In this document: one piece after another, positions 36,404 to 47,284 of the stretch
Layout: every line of letters begins with the position of its first letter
Position numbering within the stretch: the stretch's first letter is position 1
DNA from: a virus
Lineage: Duplodnaviria; Caudoviricetes
IMG/VR virus record: IMGVR_UViG_3300038300_000071
Location: 1 to 64,000 of that record
Length of the DNA stretch: 64,000 bases
Direction: 5' to 3' (one strand)
Position numbers and translations under genes: made by a program
The notes under the pieces: generated by a model
Databases searched by the model: none
Told to the model about the DNA's origin: nothing
The model's input: only the letters and a program-made list of their open reading frames with translations

Positions 36404-38126
36404 GATGAATAGTTTTATGAAAAACTTATACACCTGCGATGATTGTGATAATACTGATCCTCTGTGGAAAATGCATAAAAGGTCTCATGGTGGATATGAT
36501 TGTCCTTTGTGCGGCGGAGAGGTATCTCTTACGTTTGTTGTGAGTGCTTCTGGCTGCCTGTGTGTAACGGAAAAAGAAAAATTGGAAGAGTGAGATTGTA
36601 TTATGGATGATAAGTATTTAGATGAAGTTCAGAAGAGATACAGAGAATTCGTAATGTCATTCAGAGAAGAGAGGATTAAAAGGGAGGGATTGCGAGAAGG
36701 AGAAAAGAAGGGCGGTGATTGACTTATTTTTCAAGCTCGTCTGAGCAGTAAATTCCCATATTAAATTTATAAATTCCCCATTGGTAACGTTAATATGGGA
36801 ATTTATTTATGTGGAGTTGCTCGGACTATGAAAGACAACTTAGACCTACTGAAAAGAGATTGTTCGTTGAATCTGTATGTAGAATTGCTGATTCTATAGA
36901 GGCTGACGTCTATGGAAGTCAGCATGATGATTATTCTGTTTTTGGCAAAATGTCGAAAGGAGAGAAGTTGATATCTTTGGCCTATGTTTGCAGCTATCTA
37001 ACCAATGATATAGAATCTCCAAGTGTTCATGCTTGGATGCAGTCAACAATATCATCGGTGTTTGATTGTGTGAATGATTACGTCTACGAGGAGATAGAGA
37101 CTTTGAGCGGAAGTAAGAATCCTAAGGAGTTTAAGTGGAGGCTTCTGGTAATATCTGCATTCAGCGGAGTTTCCAATACTGATAAAATATCAAAGAACTT
37201 CAACAATGATGATTATGAAGTATGGCATGATATGATCGAAGAGGTAAAGGGCGACATAATAGATGACATTTTCAAAATATATGAGTCGTTTTGTAGAATA
37301 ACCGGAACATATGTTGGCCCAACGTCTAACGATGAGATTGTTAGGCTTGCAAGAGCCTTTTTAAAAAGTATAAAATGATAAATCCCACTTGCTTTTCTAC
37401 AAACAAAGTCTATATTGTTAAGTAAATAATATAGATAAATTAAAGAGTGTGGCTGATATGTATGATTGGGATTGCTGCTTTGGAATATACAAACCTCTCA
37501 AGGGTAAAAGATTCTCCACTGTAAGAAAGAACGCCAAGGGGTTGATTGATGATGTCGTTTTACTTGCAGCATTGGAGGGGGATTGTGAGAATAACATGGC
37601 AAAAAGATTCATGAAATACTGCAACGAGCAGATATATCCATTGGGAGAAGGCCAAGGGGGTAAATCAGTTGCGCTAGGACTTTGCAGCTATGTTTACAGT
37701 CAGTTGAATAAGCAAGATGTAGTTTTGGCAGAAATTTATGATTTGTTTAATCAAGTGAGTAAACATTTAAAAGGGAGTAAAGAATATAAGGATTTAGCGT
37801 ATAGTATGTCATTGACGCTTTACGATCTTTCGTATTATATTTCCTTGTCTGGATCGTGGTCAAAGTCTTCCGTGTGTAGAGATTCATTTTACAATGATGA
37901 TGACAGGAGGAGTAATTGGCCGCTAAAGCTTCCAAAGGATTTGAACATGGATGACCTTTTAAACATTGCTTGGATGCTATCAAACATGGTAATGATTGAT
38001 AAATTTCCAAAGGAAGAGACGACTGTGTCATTTCTTGGATTGATGAGGGCAAGTAGTGCCTCTCGTGAAATAATGGAAAGGGTTAAAGAGTTTTCAGAGT
38101 CTAAAAATATAAACAAAGGTAAATAG

Positions 38127-38573
38127 ATGAAAATACTTCAAAAGACGAATAAGAAGCTCAGAGTCACATCGGAGCCAGTTGTTGGAAAGATAACATCTGA
38201 TGTAAGAAAGTTAGCGGTTGACTTAAAGAGGGCTTTGCTCGCTTCTGGAAATGGAGTTGGCATTGCGGCAATACAGTTGGGGATTCCTATTAGAATGATA
38301 GCGGTTGCCATTGATTCAATAAAAAAACCAACTATAATGATTAATCCAGATATACTGGAGTTTTCTTCTGAGCAAGTTGTTGGGGAAGAGGGATGTCTTT
38401 CTGTTGCTGGAGAGTTTGGGCTTGTAAAGCGAGCTAAGGGTGTCACAGTCGAGTTTAAAACGTTAATGGGAGAAGTTGTTAGAATGAAGTGCGAAGGCTT
38501 CACAGCGCGTTGTATTCAGCATGAGGTTGATCATTTGGATGGAATTTTATTTATAGATAAGATGGAAAAGTAA
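38127..38573 (+). CDS. def: Peptide deformylase
   Basis: GVGIAAIQLG, EGCLS, QHEVDHLDG. Confidence 0.96.
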   Translation: MKILQKTNKKLRVTSEPVVGKITSDVRKLAVDLKRALLASGNGVGIAAIQLGIPIRMIAVAIDSIKKPTIMINPDILEFSSEQVVGEEGCLSVAGEFGLVKRAKGVTVEFKTLMGEVVRMKCEGFTARCIQHEVDHLDGILFIDKMEK

Positions 38574-38591
38574 GTGGTAAAAATAGATTTT

Positions 38592-38633
38592 AAGATGGCA
38601 AGCATTGTTTAGACATGTTTGCCATCTTTTTTT
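38592..38633 (+). terminator. Intrinsic terminator
   Basis: AGATGGCAAGCA/TGTTTGCCATCT stem plus T run. Confidence 0.75.
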
Positions 38634-38720
38634 GTGGTCAAAATAATTTTATAATATCTCTTTAGTAAAAGCCAGACAAACCTGGTTGATAATAAAAATG
38701 ATATTATAGAGAGAACAGCG

Positions 38721-39152
38721 ATGAAAGTTTGCGTAAGAATATTAGAATTCGATGCTGGCCACAGAGTGATGCTTCATGAGAGTAAGTGCAAGACGGCACA
38801 TGGTCACAGATTTAAGACCGAAATACATGCCAGATCAGAAAATTTAGATGGCGTGGGAAGAGTTATTGACTTTTCAGTATTGAAAGGAAAGATCGGAACA
38901 TGGATAGATGATAATTGGGATCATACGTTTATCGTTTACAAGAAAGATGTAGAAACCCACAAAGCATTGCTGATGATGCCTAGAATGAAAGATCCTTTCG
39001 TTCTTCCAACAAATCCAACCTCAGAAAATTTAAGTCAATATCTATTGGATGTTGTTTGTCCTGCGGAGCTAAAGGATACTGGAGTTGAGGTGTTCAAGAT
39101 AGTTCTGTGGGAAACTCCTAATTGTTTTGCGATAGCAGAATTGGAGGACTAA
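38721..39152 (+). CDS. queD: 6-carboxy-5,6,7,8-tetrahydropterin synthase
   Basis: FDAGHR, C...HGH, IDF..LK, DH, NPTSENL, WETP. Confidence 0.93.
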   Translation: MKVCVRILEFDAGHRVMLHESKCKTAHGHRFKTEIHARSENLDGVGRVIDFSVLKGKIGTWIDDNWDHTFIVYKKDVETHKALLMMPRMKDPFVLPTNPTSENLSQYLLDVVCPAELKDTGVEVFKIVLWETPNCFAIAELED

Positions 39153-39851
39153 GTGAAAATTTCAGAAATGTTCGGCCCAACGCTTCAGGGTGAAGGGATG
39201 TTTTCAGGATTCCCTTGTTTCTTTATTAGAACTTCGGGATGTAATTTGCGTTGTGGATTTTGTGACACTAAGTTTGCAAGTTGGAATCCTGAGGGAGATA
39301 ATTACAACTTAGATGATTTAATGAAAGAGATAAGTGCCAGTGGATGGGATGGTATAAAGCATGTTGTTATCAGCGGCGGAGAGCCAATGATGCAAAAGCA
39401 AATAGCAGAACTTGTGGATAGGCTTCATGGAAAAGATCACTATGTGACGGTTGAAACTGCGGGTACGATATTTAAAGAAGATGTAAAAGCAGATCTGTTT
39501 AGTATATCTCCAAAGCTTAAGAACAGCTTTCCCAATAAAGATATAAATCCAAAAGAGTTTAAGCTTCATGCAAGGAATAATACTTTTGAAAATCTTAAGA
39601 TGTTTGTTGATTCGGATTTAAATTATCAGTTTAAGTTTGTGGTAGAGGGGCGCGATGATGTTCCTGAAATAAAATCTTTAGTGGAGAAGTATGATGTGCC
39701 AAATGAAAAAGTTTTCATTATGCCTGAGGGAGTGGAAAGAGAAGTAATTCAGTCAAGGCTTTTGGAGTTGGCGGAGATTTGTAAAGAAGAGAATTGGATT
39801 CTGACGAATAGATTGCATGTTCAGATCTGGGGAAAAATGAGGGGAGTATAG
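39153..39851 (+). CDS. queE: 7-carboxy-7-deazaguanine synthase (radical SAM)
   Basis: TLQGEG, GCNLRCGFCDT, SGGEP, ETAG, SPK, RLH. Confidence 0.93.
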   Translation: MKISEMFGPTLQGEGMFSGFPCFFIRTSGCNLRCGFCDTKFASWNPEGDNYNLDDLMKEISASGWDGIKHVVISGGEPMMQKQIAELVDRLHGKDHYVTVETAGTIFKEDVKADLFSISPKLKNSFPNKDINPKEFKLHARNNTFENLKMFVDSDLNYQFKFVVEGRDDVPEIKSLVEKYDVPNEKVFIMPEGVEREVIQSRLLELAEICKEENWILTNRLHVQIWGKMRGV

Positions 39852-39852
39852 C

Positions 39853-40278
39853 ATGGAAGATAAATATTATGTTACTTGGGATGAATATGGCAAGATGACA
39901 AAATGTCTTGGAGATATTATACTAGGAAACAAGAAGAAGTATGAAAATGTATATGGAGTTCCAAGAGGTGGAGCGCCAATAGCTGTTGCTCTGTCTCACA
40001 GGCTGGATATTCCATACATTACCAATCCAAATGCTATAATCGATCAAACATTAATTGTTGATGATATAGTTGACACTGGAAAGGAGTTGTATAAGCTTAT
40101 CAATGTATACAGTATAATAAATAAAAATTGTGATACGTGTAGTTTGTATAAAAAGCCAGATCCTCTTGTGGAGCCAACCTATTCGGTAGAAACTACCACC
40201 AAGTGGATAGTTTTCCCTTATGAGCAAGATTGCGACACGGTAAGCAATGTGATATATGATAAATCAAAAGATAAATAA
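39853..40278 (+). CDS. Type I phosphoribosyltransferase (Gpt-like)
   Basis: GVPRGG, LIVDDIVDTG PRPP loop, WIVFPYE. Confidence 0.88.
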   Translation: MEDKYYVTWDEYGKMTKCLGDIILGNKKKYENVYGVPRGGAPIAVALSHRLDIPYITNPNAIIDQTLIVDDIVDTGKELYKLINVYSIINKNCDTCSLYKKPDPLVEPTYSVETTTKWIVFPYEQDCDTVSNVIYDKSKDK

Positions 40279-40294
40279 AGGTTAGATTAATAAT

Positions 40295-40936
40295 ATGAAA
40301 ACAGTTTCGATTGATATAAATGATTTAATTCCAGATCCAAGAAACGCAAGAACTCATAGTAGGGCGAACGTTGAGGCTTTGAAGGCGAGCTTGTTGAAAT
40401 TTGGCCAGCAAAAACCTATTGTTGTGAATAGTGAAAATATGATTGTAGCGGGAAATAGTACGGTCTCTTCGGCAAGAGAGTTGGGATGGCAGCAAATAAG
40501 TGCCGTTGTTACTGATTTAACTGAGGATGCTTTAAGAGCTTATTCTATTGCTGACAACAAAACGTGCGAGCTTTCTGATTGGGATTACGTTACTCTTGTA
40601 GAAATATTAGAGGAACTGAGAGACGATGATGTGGATGTAGAAGTTACTGGATTTAGCATGGATGATATTGAAACTTATAAAGGAGTAGACGACTGGGAAT
40701 CCATTCCAATCGATCCCCTTTCGGCAGATTCTTTAACTTCAAAGAAAATACTAATCGAGGGGAATACTAAAATGTTTTTTGAAAGCACTCTTAAAAAGTT
40801 TGAACGTGAAAAGGGGATTCAGTTTAAAGCTGAAGATGCTTTGTCTGAGATATGTAGTGCCTATATTGATTTTTACACTTCAAGCAAAGGGTCGGAAGTG
40901 GCAAGTGAAGAAGAGGGAGAAGATCATGAAGATTAA
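40295..40936 (+). CDS. ParB/Srx-like N-terminal domain protein
   Basis: PDPRNAR.H, SL.KFGQQKPIVV, IVAGN, IADNK. Confidence 0.85.
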   Translation: MKTVSIDINDLIPDPRNARTHSRANVEALKASLLKFGQQKPIVVNSENMIVAGNSTVSSARELGWQQISAVVTDLTEDALRAYSIADNKTCELSDWDYVTLVEILEELRDDDVDVEVTGFSMDDIETYKGVDDWESIPIDPLSADSLTSKKILIEGNTKMFFESTLKKFEREKGIQFKAEDALSEICSAYIDFYTSSKGSEVASEEEGEDHED

Positions 40937-41567
40937 AAAAATAGCTATTGACAAGTTAAAGTTTGATCCAAGAAATGCAAGACTGCATGATGGTAGAAAT
41001 ATAAGCGCAGTTATAAGGAGCTTGGAAGAGTTTGGCCAGCAGAGGCCTATTATTGTGGATGAAGACAATGTGGTTAGGGCTGGGAATGGCCTTTTGGAGG
41101 CTGCCAAAGAGCTGGGTTGGAAAGAAATTAGCATCGTCGTGACGGAGCTAAAGGGAAGCGATTTAAAGGCCTATGGGATAGCAGACAACAGAACTGCGGA
41201 GTTGTCAGATTGGAATTATGAAGTTTTAGGAGAGCATTTTTCCGAAATGGCAGAAATTGATTTTGATATTGAGTCTACTGGGTTTGAGGAATATGAGGCC
41301 GGAGTGATAATGAATGCCGCCGAATGGACTCCTGATTTATCTGACGGGGATAGCAGCGCTTCAAGCAAGGACTCATCTCCTCCTGAGAATAAGAATTCTG
41401 GTGAAAGTCTTGAGTTTTCTCTGAATGATCGTCAGTTTGGCGTATATAAGGAGGCGTTTAGAATCGTGTTGGAGAGAGAGAATTTGGAGATGTCCGATAG
41501 CGAAGTTGTTCTTCATATCTGTGAGGATTATCTAAGAAGATCGATAAAGAAGTCTATGGATAAGTAA
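40926..41567 (+). CDS. ParB/Srx-like N-terminal domain protein (paralog)
   Basis: Start reassigned to ATG 40926 (SD GAGGGAG); DPRNARLH, FGQQRPIIV, AGNG, IADNR. Confidence 0.85.
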   Translation: MKIKKIAIDKLKFDPRNARLHDGRNISAVIRSLEEFGQQRPIIVDEDNVVRAGNGLLEAAKELGWKEISIVVTELKGSDLKAYGIADNRTAELSDWNYEVLGEHFSEMAEIDFDIESTGFEEYEAGVIMNAAEWTPDLSDGDSSASSKDSSPPENKNSGESLEFSLNDRQFGVYKEAFRIVLERENLEMSDSEVVLHICEDYLRRSIKKSMDK

Positions 41568-41715
41568 AAGTATAGTAGTTTGCGAGGAAGGGCGGTTGAC
41601 TTGATATTCGAGTTGGCTGCCCTTTTTGTGTCTGGGATGTAATTGTGAACAAAAGAAATATTTGTTATAAACTTGACTGTGTGATTTTATATAGTTACTA
41701 AATGTAATTTTATAA

Positions 41716-42015
41716 GTGAGATGGATTATGGGAATAAGAGAAGAAATTTCTGAGAATTATGATGGCATTGTATTTGCTCTTGGATTTGATAGGGCTTGTA
41801 TTGGGGTTTCCTATAAAGACACTGGACATGTTGCATGTTATGATATTGATATGTGTATCGAAGTTCTGATGGAGGAAGGAATGAGCGATGGAGATGCGAG
41901 GGAATACTTTGAATACAATGTAGTTGGCGCTTATATTGGCAATAGCACTCCAGTATTTATAGAAAGATTTAGTACTGGAATTTTAACGCTTTTGGGAGAA
42001 AAAGAGAATGAATAA
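41716..42015 (+). CDS. Conserved small phage protein
   Basis: GFD.A.IG...YD...GM...A.EYFEYNV.GAY.G..TP.F motif. Confidence 0.6.
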   Translation: MRWIMGIREEISENYDGIVFALGFDRACIGVSYKDTGHVACYDIDMCIEVLMEEGMSDGDAREYFEYNVVGAYIGNSTPVFIERFSTGILTLLGEKENE

Positions 42016-42637
42016 GATAATTGATATGTATGAAATAAAAATGAAATCTTTTCAAGAGGAAAAGATTAAAAACGATTTAATTCGAATTGGAATAGAAAAC
42101 AACAACAAGAAGATAGCGACCTCGGCGGATGAGCTAAAGATAAATCAAGATGCGTTGCAGTTTTTAGAAGATTTGGCAAACAGTCGTAGGAATTCGATGA
42201 AAGGGAAGATAGAAGCTGTAATAACTGAGGCTCTTGCTTTAGTTTATGGCCCTGAATATTCAGTTGAGCTGATGTATGACATTAAGAACAACAGAAGCTT
42301 CCTTGATATAGAGTTAATCAAACAGACGGCAAACGGAGAAATTAGAAGGAATATGTCTGGTTTTGGAGGCGGAGTTTCTGATTGTATAAGCGTACCTCTG
42401 AGATTGTTAGTTCTTCTTGGGTCTAAGCAGACAGGGAGGATATGCATATTGGATGAGTGTTATAAGCATGTAGATCCTGAGAGAATTGAATTTGTTTCAA
42501 AGTTTATACAAGAGATAGCCAAAAAGCTAAACATACAGATAATTATTTGCTCTCATCATAGCGCAATGAAAGATAGTGCGGATGTAGTTTATGAAATATC
42601 TGATAATAATGGTGAATCCGTCTTGAAAGAGTTATAA
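42008..42637 (+). CDS. SbcC/Rad50-like ABC ATPase, C-terminal half only
   Basis: Coiled coil, GGG signature-like segment, ILDE Walker B, SH H-loop; no Walker A. Confidence 0.7.
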   Translation: MNKIIDMYEIKMKSFQEEKIKNDLIRIGIENNNKKIATSADELKINQDALQFLEDLANSRRNSMKGKIEAVITEALALVYGPEYSVELMYDIKNNRSFLDIELIKQTANGEIRRNMSGFGGGVSDCISVPLRLLVLLGSKQTGRICILDECYKHVDPERIEFVSKFIQEIAKKLNIQIIICSHHSAMKDSADVVYEISDNNGESVLKEL

Positions 42638-43216
42638 GTGGTGCTATTTTAGGAAAGTTAAGTGCTAATATTAAAGGATAATAAGAATGGCGAAAGTCTC
42701 AGGTGTAAGAAAAGTAGAAACGGAAACAGAATTGCGATCTCTAGTGGATAATGGAAATTCATTAGATAATGAAATAAAGAACTTGCAATTTAAGTCTGAA
42801 GCGATAAAGTCATCTATACTGGATCTGGCAGGCGATGGAATAGGTGAGAATGAAAAATCTATCAGGCTTGTTGCAGAAAGGTCAAATGCTTTATTAACTA
42901 GAACTGAAAAGGTAGAGTTTTCCAAGGATGAGAATTACTTGGACTTGCTAAAAGCTGTTGATGCTGGCGAATCTCCTTTGGAATTAACTTTTAAAAAGGA
43001 ATACAAACTAACAAAAAACATAGATGAAGTATTGGAGTTGTTGGAAGAAAACGGATTGCTTGATTCATTGGATGAAAAAACAACCATCGCAATAAAGCCA
43101 GAAGTTTTTAAAGGAATGAGTAAGACGGGAAAATTACAAAAAGCAATTCAAGACTGCGGTAAAGTAACGCCTTCGTTTAAAATAAAATATGAAATAAGAG
43201 AAGACTAGGAGATATT

Positions 43217-44521
43217 ATGAGTAATGAAGAAGAGATTGACAATGAGCGCAGTTACGAAGGTTGCCACGGAGCTAAAGTTTTCGCACAGGATTTAGATTTG
43301 TTCCTTGGTGATGTTTTCGCCATGAATGCAGCATCTGATGAAATTGATGAGACTGAGAGCTCAAGATTTGCGTCTTGCATTTGGGGTCATCCGGGTATTG
43401 GTAAAACCGCCAAAATTAAGCAGTTTGCAAAAACTCCTGTGACTTGGAAGGGCAAGGATTATGAAGGTTATAAAGTTTACGATGTTCCAATCGGTCAGTT
43501 TGAAGAAATGGGCGACCTGCACGGAATGCCGGAGAAACATGCTTACATGAAGATTGAGCAGAGTGGAGCGGAAGGCGAAGAAGGTTATAAAGAAGCAGAG
43601 GGAAAATGGGTAGCAATGCCACTTATAGGTCAATATGAAGAGCAGGGATGGACTGCGGACACTTCAAAAGGAACGAAGACTCTTTATCTTCCACCTTCTT
43701 GGGTTCCAACTGAGGAAGGCCCATCAATCCTTTTGTTTGATGATTGGAACAGAGCTTCGATTCGTATTGTAAAGGGTATCATGCAGTTGTTTCAAAACTA
43801 TGGACTGCTGTCTTGGAAGCTTCCAAAGGGTTGTAATATCGTCCTTACGGGAAATCCAGACGAGCAGGATTACTTGGTAACTACCATTGATGATGCTATT
43901 CTGACTCGTATTAAAAGTGTTACATTGAAGCAGGATGCCAAAGAGTGGGCTGTTTGGGCTCAAGGCCAAGATTTAGATCCTCGTGGTATCAACTTCATCT
44001 TGCGTTATCCAGAGATGATGGTTGGCCCTTCGAGGACTAATCCAAGAACTCTTTCTGAATTTTTCAGAGCTTTGAAGCATGTTGGATCTTTAGATTCAAA
44101 TGAAAACAAGAAACGTATGAATATGCAGGCAGAAGCTTTGCTTGACGATGATACGATTTCGGTGATGAATACTTTCTTTTCTCGTGAGATCGAAATGATT
44201 ATCGAACCTGAGCAGATTGTCAGTGGCGACAAGAAGGCTCTTGATCACTTGAAGGCTCTGATGACGAAAAAGGAGCCAAGAACAGATATTGTTGGCATCA
44301 TCTGTGAAAGACTTTATGGCTTTGTTGTAAAGTTTGATGGAACTCCAACAAAAGATCAGATTGAGAATTTCCAGAAGTTTATTACTTCCGATAGTATTCC
44401 AGATGACTTACGACATGGTATTTGCCGTAGAATCGCTCGAAACAAGGCCAATAGCAACACAAAGCAATGGCTTATTGGAAATAAGATTCTGAGAGACCTT
44501 ATCTTAGAGACTCTTCATTAA
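43217..44521 (+). CDS. MoxR-like AAA+ ATPase
   Basis: GHPGIGKT Walker A, DLHGMP, LLFDDWNRA Walker B, TGNP, NPRT. Confidence 0.85.
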   Translation: MSNEEEIDNERSYEGCHGAKVFAQDLDLFLGDVFAMNAASDEIDETESSRFASCIWGHPGIGKTAKIKQFAKTPVTWKGKDYEGYKVYDVPIGQFEEMGDLHGMPEKHAYMKIEQSGAEGEEGYKEAEGKWVAMPLIGQYEEQGWTADTSKGTKTLYLPPSWVPTEEGPSILLFDDWNRASIRIVKGIMQLFQNYGLLSWKLPKGCNIVLTGNPDEQDYLVTTIDDAILTRIKSVTLKQDAKEWAVWAQGQDLDPRGINFILRYPEMMVGPSRTNPRTLSEFFRALKHVGSLDSNENKKRMNMQAEALLDDDTISVMNTFFSREIEMIIEPEQIVSGDKKALDHLKALMTKKEPRTDIVGIICERLYGFVVKFDGTPTKDQIENFQKFITSDSIPDDLRHGICRRIARNKANSNTKQWLIGNKILRDLILETLH

Positions 44522-44562
44522 AAATTAGGAATGGCGGGCTTCGTGTCCGTCTTTTTTTAGAT

Positions 44563-44922
44563 ATGAAAAAATTTAAAAGAAAATTAAAGCCTGAAGAAGA
44601 GAGTGTAAGCGCAACTCCTGATAGGAAGATAATATCTCAGACTAAAAAGATGTCTAAGAGGGATTACTTTGCAGGAGAAGCGCTTTTTTCATTAGTAGTT
44701 AGAAACGAGGCTTGTAATTTCTCAGTAGAGGCTTATTATGTAGCAGACCACATGCTGTCAAAGACGACAGATGAGGAGTGGAGTTCTGAAGTTGGTTTGA
44801 AGGATTATTTCGCTTCAAAGTTTATTTCAGGAGTGATACAGGCAAAACTGGATAGAAAGTATTCTCCAGAGGATGCTTTTAACGTTGCAAGTGAGATGAT
44901 TGAATCTCGTGAAAGAAAGTAA
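44563..44922 (+). CDS. Phage protein with a duplicated RDYFA...A(Y/F).VA..M module
   Basis: RDYFAGEAL..AYYVADHML and KDYFASKF..AFNVASEMI. Confidence 0.6.
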   Translation: MKKFKRKLKPEEESVSATPDRKIISQTKKMSKRDYFAGEALFSLVVRNEACNFSVEAYYVADHMLSKTTDEEWSSEVGLKDYFASKFISGVIQAKLDRKYSPEDAFNVASEMIESRERK

Positions 44923-45788
44923 TATTGATGAGATAGGAGATGTGTAAATTGGCATATTCGGAGGAAAATAGAATTGCGGACGAGATAGTAAATGATTTTA
45001 AGCATGGCGATTCTTGGCGGGTAATGAGCCAAGGCGGGAGGTTGACTTTTCTCAGAAGTTGTGAGAATAGCATGGAATTATATCTTTATAATTACATTTG
45101 TCCTTTCTATAAGGTTTCCATGGAGAGTCCTTTGCTTTTTAATTTTTCATATTTATCAAGTCGTAAGATCTCCAAAGCTTTCAAAGTTTATTTGAAAGCT
45201 TTGATGAAGGAGGAAAAGGAAAGAGGGAGGGCTGCAGTGTTGAATGAGTTTAAGGGATTGTATTTGCGGAACAATGATGGAAAGCTTTACCTGTATGATA
45301 AGAAAAAGATTAAATAGTAAAAAGGTTTAATAGTATGAAAAATGACATGACGAAAAAGGAAGCTTCACAGTGAGAAGTTTTAATGTAAATAGGGTTGCTT
45401 GGGATGGAAAGAGGGAGGTTCGCATTGATAATATTCCCAGATTGGATAAGAATCATAGGGATTTTATAGATTATATTGTTGAGAATGGGCATTGCTCTCC
45501 TGATTTTCTTATTAAAAGTAGTAAGAAGTATAAGTCTTCAAGGGAATTGATTAAGGCATCTTTTGGATCTCAGATGGTGTGCAAGAATTATTCTAATCAT
45601 AGAGTTTGGATTTGGTCAATGTCCGACTGGGAAGGAAAGGCTGATTTGTATTTGATGTACTCCGTAAAGGGAATGGGATTTTCTTACAAGGATGGGTCAA
45701 GTACGGATGAAGTGGTAAAGTTATATAAAGAAGTAGTTGATTGTATGAGTAATTTTTTAAATAAATAATAAAAAGAAGGTTGATTTAA

Positions 45789-46571
45789 ATGTCAAATCCA
45801 GTTTTAAATAGTAAGAAGTTTAAGAGTGATGGGTCAGAGTCCATGACTATGCAAGGAACAATAAACAAAACTTTAATTTTGTTTGGAATCCTTATGGTGA
45901 CAGCATCTTTAACGTGGACAAAGACGATAGGAGCTTTGAAGGCGAATGAAGTAGTTGCGGTAGGCGGTTCGGAAGAAATCTCAAGACTTTCATATGTCCC
46001 AGATGGAATAATCCCATTGGTTCTTGGAGGATGCCTTATTGGATTCGTTGTTGCGATGATTATAATATTTTTTCAAAAGTCGGCTCCAGTCTTAGCTCCT
46101 GTGTATGCTGCTCTTGAGGGAGTCTTTATTGGTGGTTTGTCAGCTATGTTTGAGTATATGTATCCAAATATCGCAATACAGGCTGCAGGATTAACATTGG
46201 CAGTTTTCTTTGCAATGTTGGCATTGTATAAAGCTAGAATTATAAGAGCAACGGAAAAGTTTAGAGCTGGATTGATGTCGGCTATGATTGGAATACTTAT
46301 TCTTTACTTAGTTGATTTATTCGCAGGAATGGCTGGATACAATCTTCCTTTGATTAACGATACCGGATTTTGGGGAATAGCTCTTTCTTTGTTTATAGTT
46401 ACAATAGCATCTTTGAATCTAATATTGGATTTTGATATGATTGAGACTGGAGTGGCATCCAAGGCTCCAAAGTACATGGAATGGTATGCAGGGTTTGGAT
46501 TGATGGTTACTCTTGTATGGCTTTACTTGGAGATACTGAGACTCTTGGCGAAGTTGAGAGGAAACGATTAA
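45789..46571 (+). CDS. Bax inhibitor-1/YccA family membrane protein
   Basis: MSNPVL, MT.QGT.NKT, 7 TM segments, LILDFD.IE, WY.GFGL.VTLVWLYLEILRLL. Confidence 0.9.
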   Translation: MSNPVLNSKKFKSDGSESMTMQGTINKTLILFGILMVTASLTWTKTIGALKANEVVAVGGSEEISRLSYVPDGIIPLVLGGCLIGFVVAMIIIFFQKSAPVLAPVYAALEGVFIGGLSAMFEYMYPNIAIQAAGLTLAVFFAMLALYKARIIRATEKFRAGLMSAMIGILILYLVDLFAGMAGYNLPLINDTGFWGIALSLFIVTIASLNLILDFDMIETGVASKAPKYMEWYAGFGLMVTLVWLYLEILRLLAKLRGND

Positions 46572-46591
46572 AGCTGTAAGTAGATAATTTC

Positions 46592-46627
46592 AAATGGCCC
46601 CTTTGTTGAAAAGGGGCCATTTTTTTT
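46592..46627 (+). terminator. Intrinsic terminator
   Basis: ATGGCCCCTTT/AAAGGGGCCAT stem plus T run. Confidence 0.8.
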
Positions 46628-47284
46628 GTTTTCACAGTGACAACGGTAGAAAAGAGGCTATTGTAAATAAAAAAGAGGATGGTGTTTTGAGCAAAGAGAT
46701 AAAAAAGAAGATGGTTGCAATTAGCAAAGAAATGAAATTAAAAACAGATAAGATATATTCCTCAAAGCAGGAACTGTACTCCCTTGAAGAAGAATATAGT
46801 GCTTTGAAAAAAGAATTGGCGGTTTTGGATGTTCCTGTTGTGTCGGTAAGTTTATACCATGACGATAGAGATGAGTTTAAGCTGACAGGAAGCTTTGATG
46901 CTGATGATGCTTTGGATAAGAGATTGGATTTAAACACTTCATGGGACAATGGGAAACGCGCTAGTCTGTATGCTGGGATTGAAGGATTACATTGTGCAGA
47001 GTATTCAATGGATGAGAATCCTTTGGCAAAAGTTTGTTCTGGAGAAACTATATTTACATATCCTTCTAATTCGGACAGTGGAAGGTATGAATCGAAAAAA
47101 ATAAATTCTCCAAATAATGCCCAAGCGTTGATTTTCTTCTTCAGGGCCATGCATTTTGTTGGAGATACACATCATTGTTATCTAGAAGGATATGAAATTA
47201 AAAAAGAAAATGGAATAAACATTGTAGAATTTTCCTCAGGGAGTTAATTTAAAGTATGTTTGTTTTAATAGAAGGAATTGGTAG

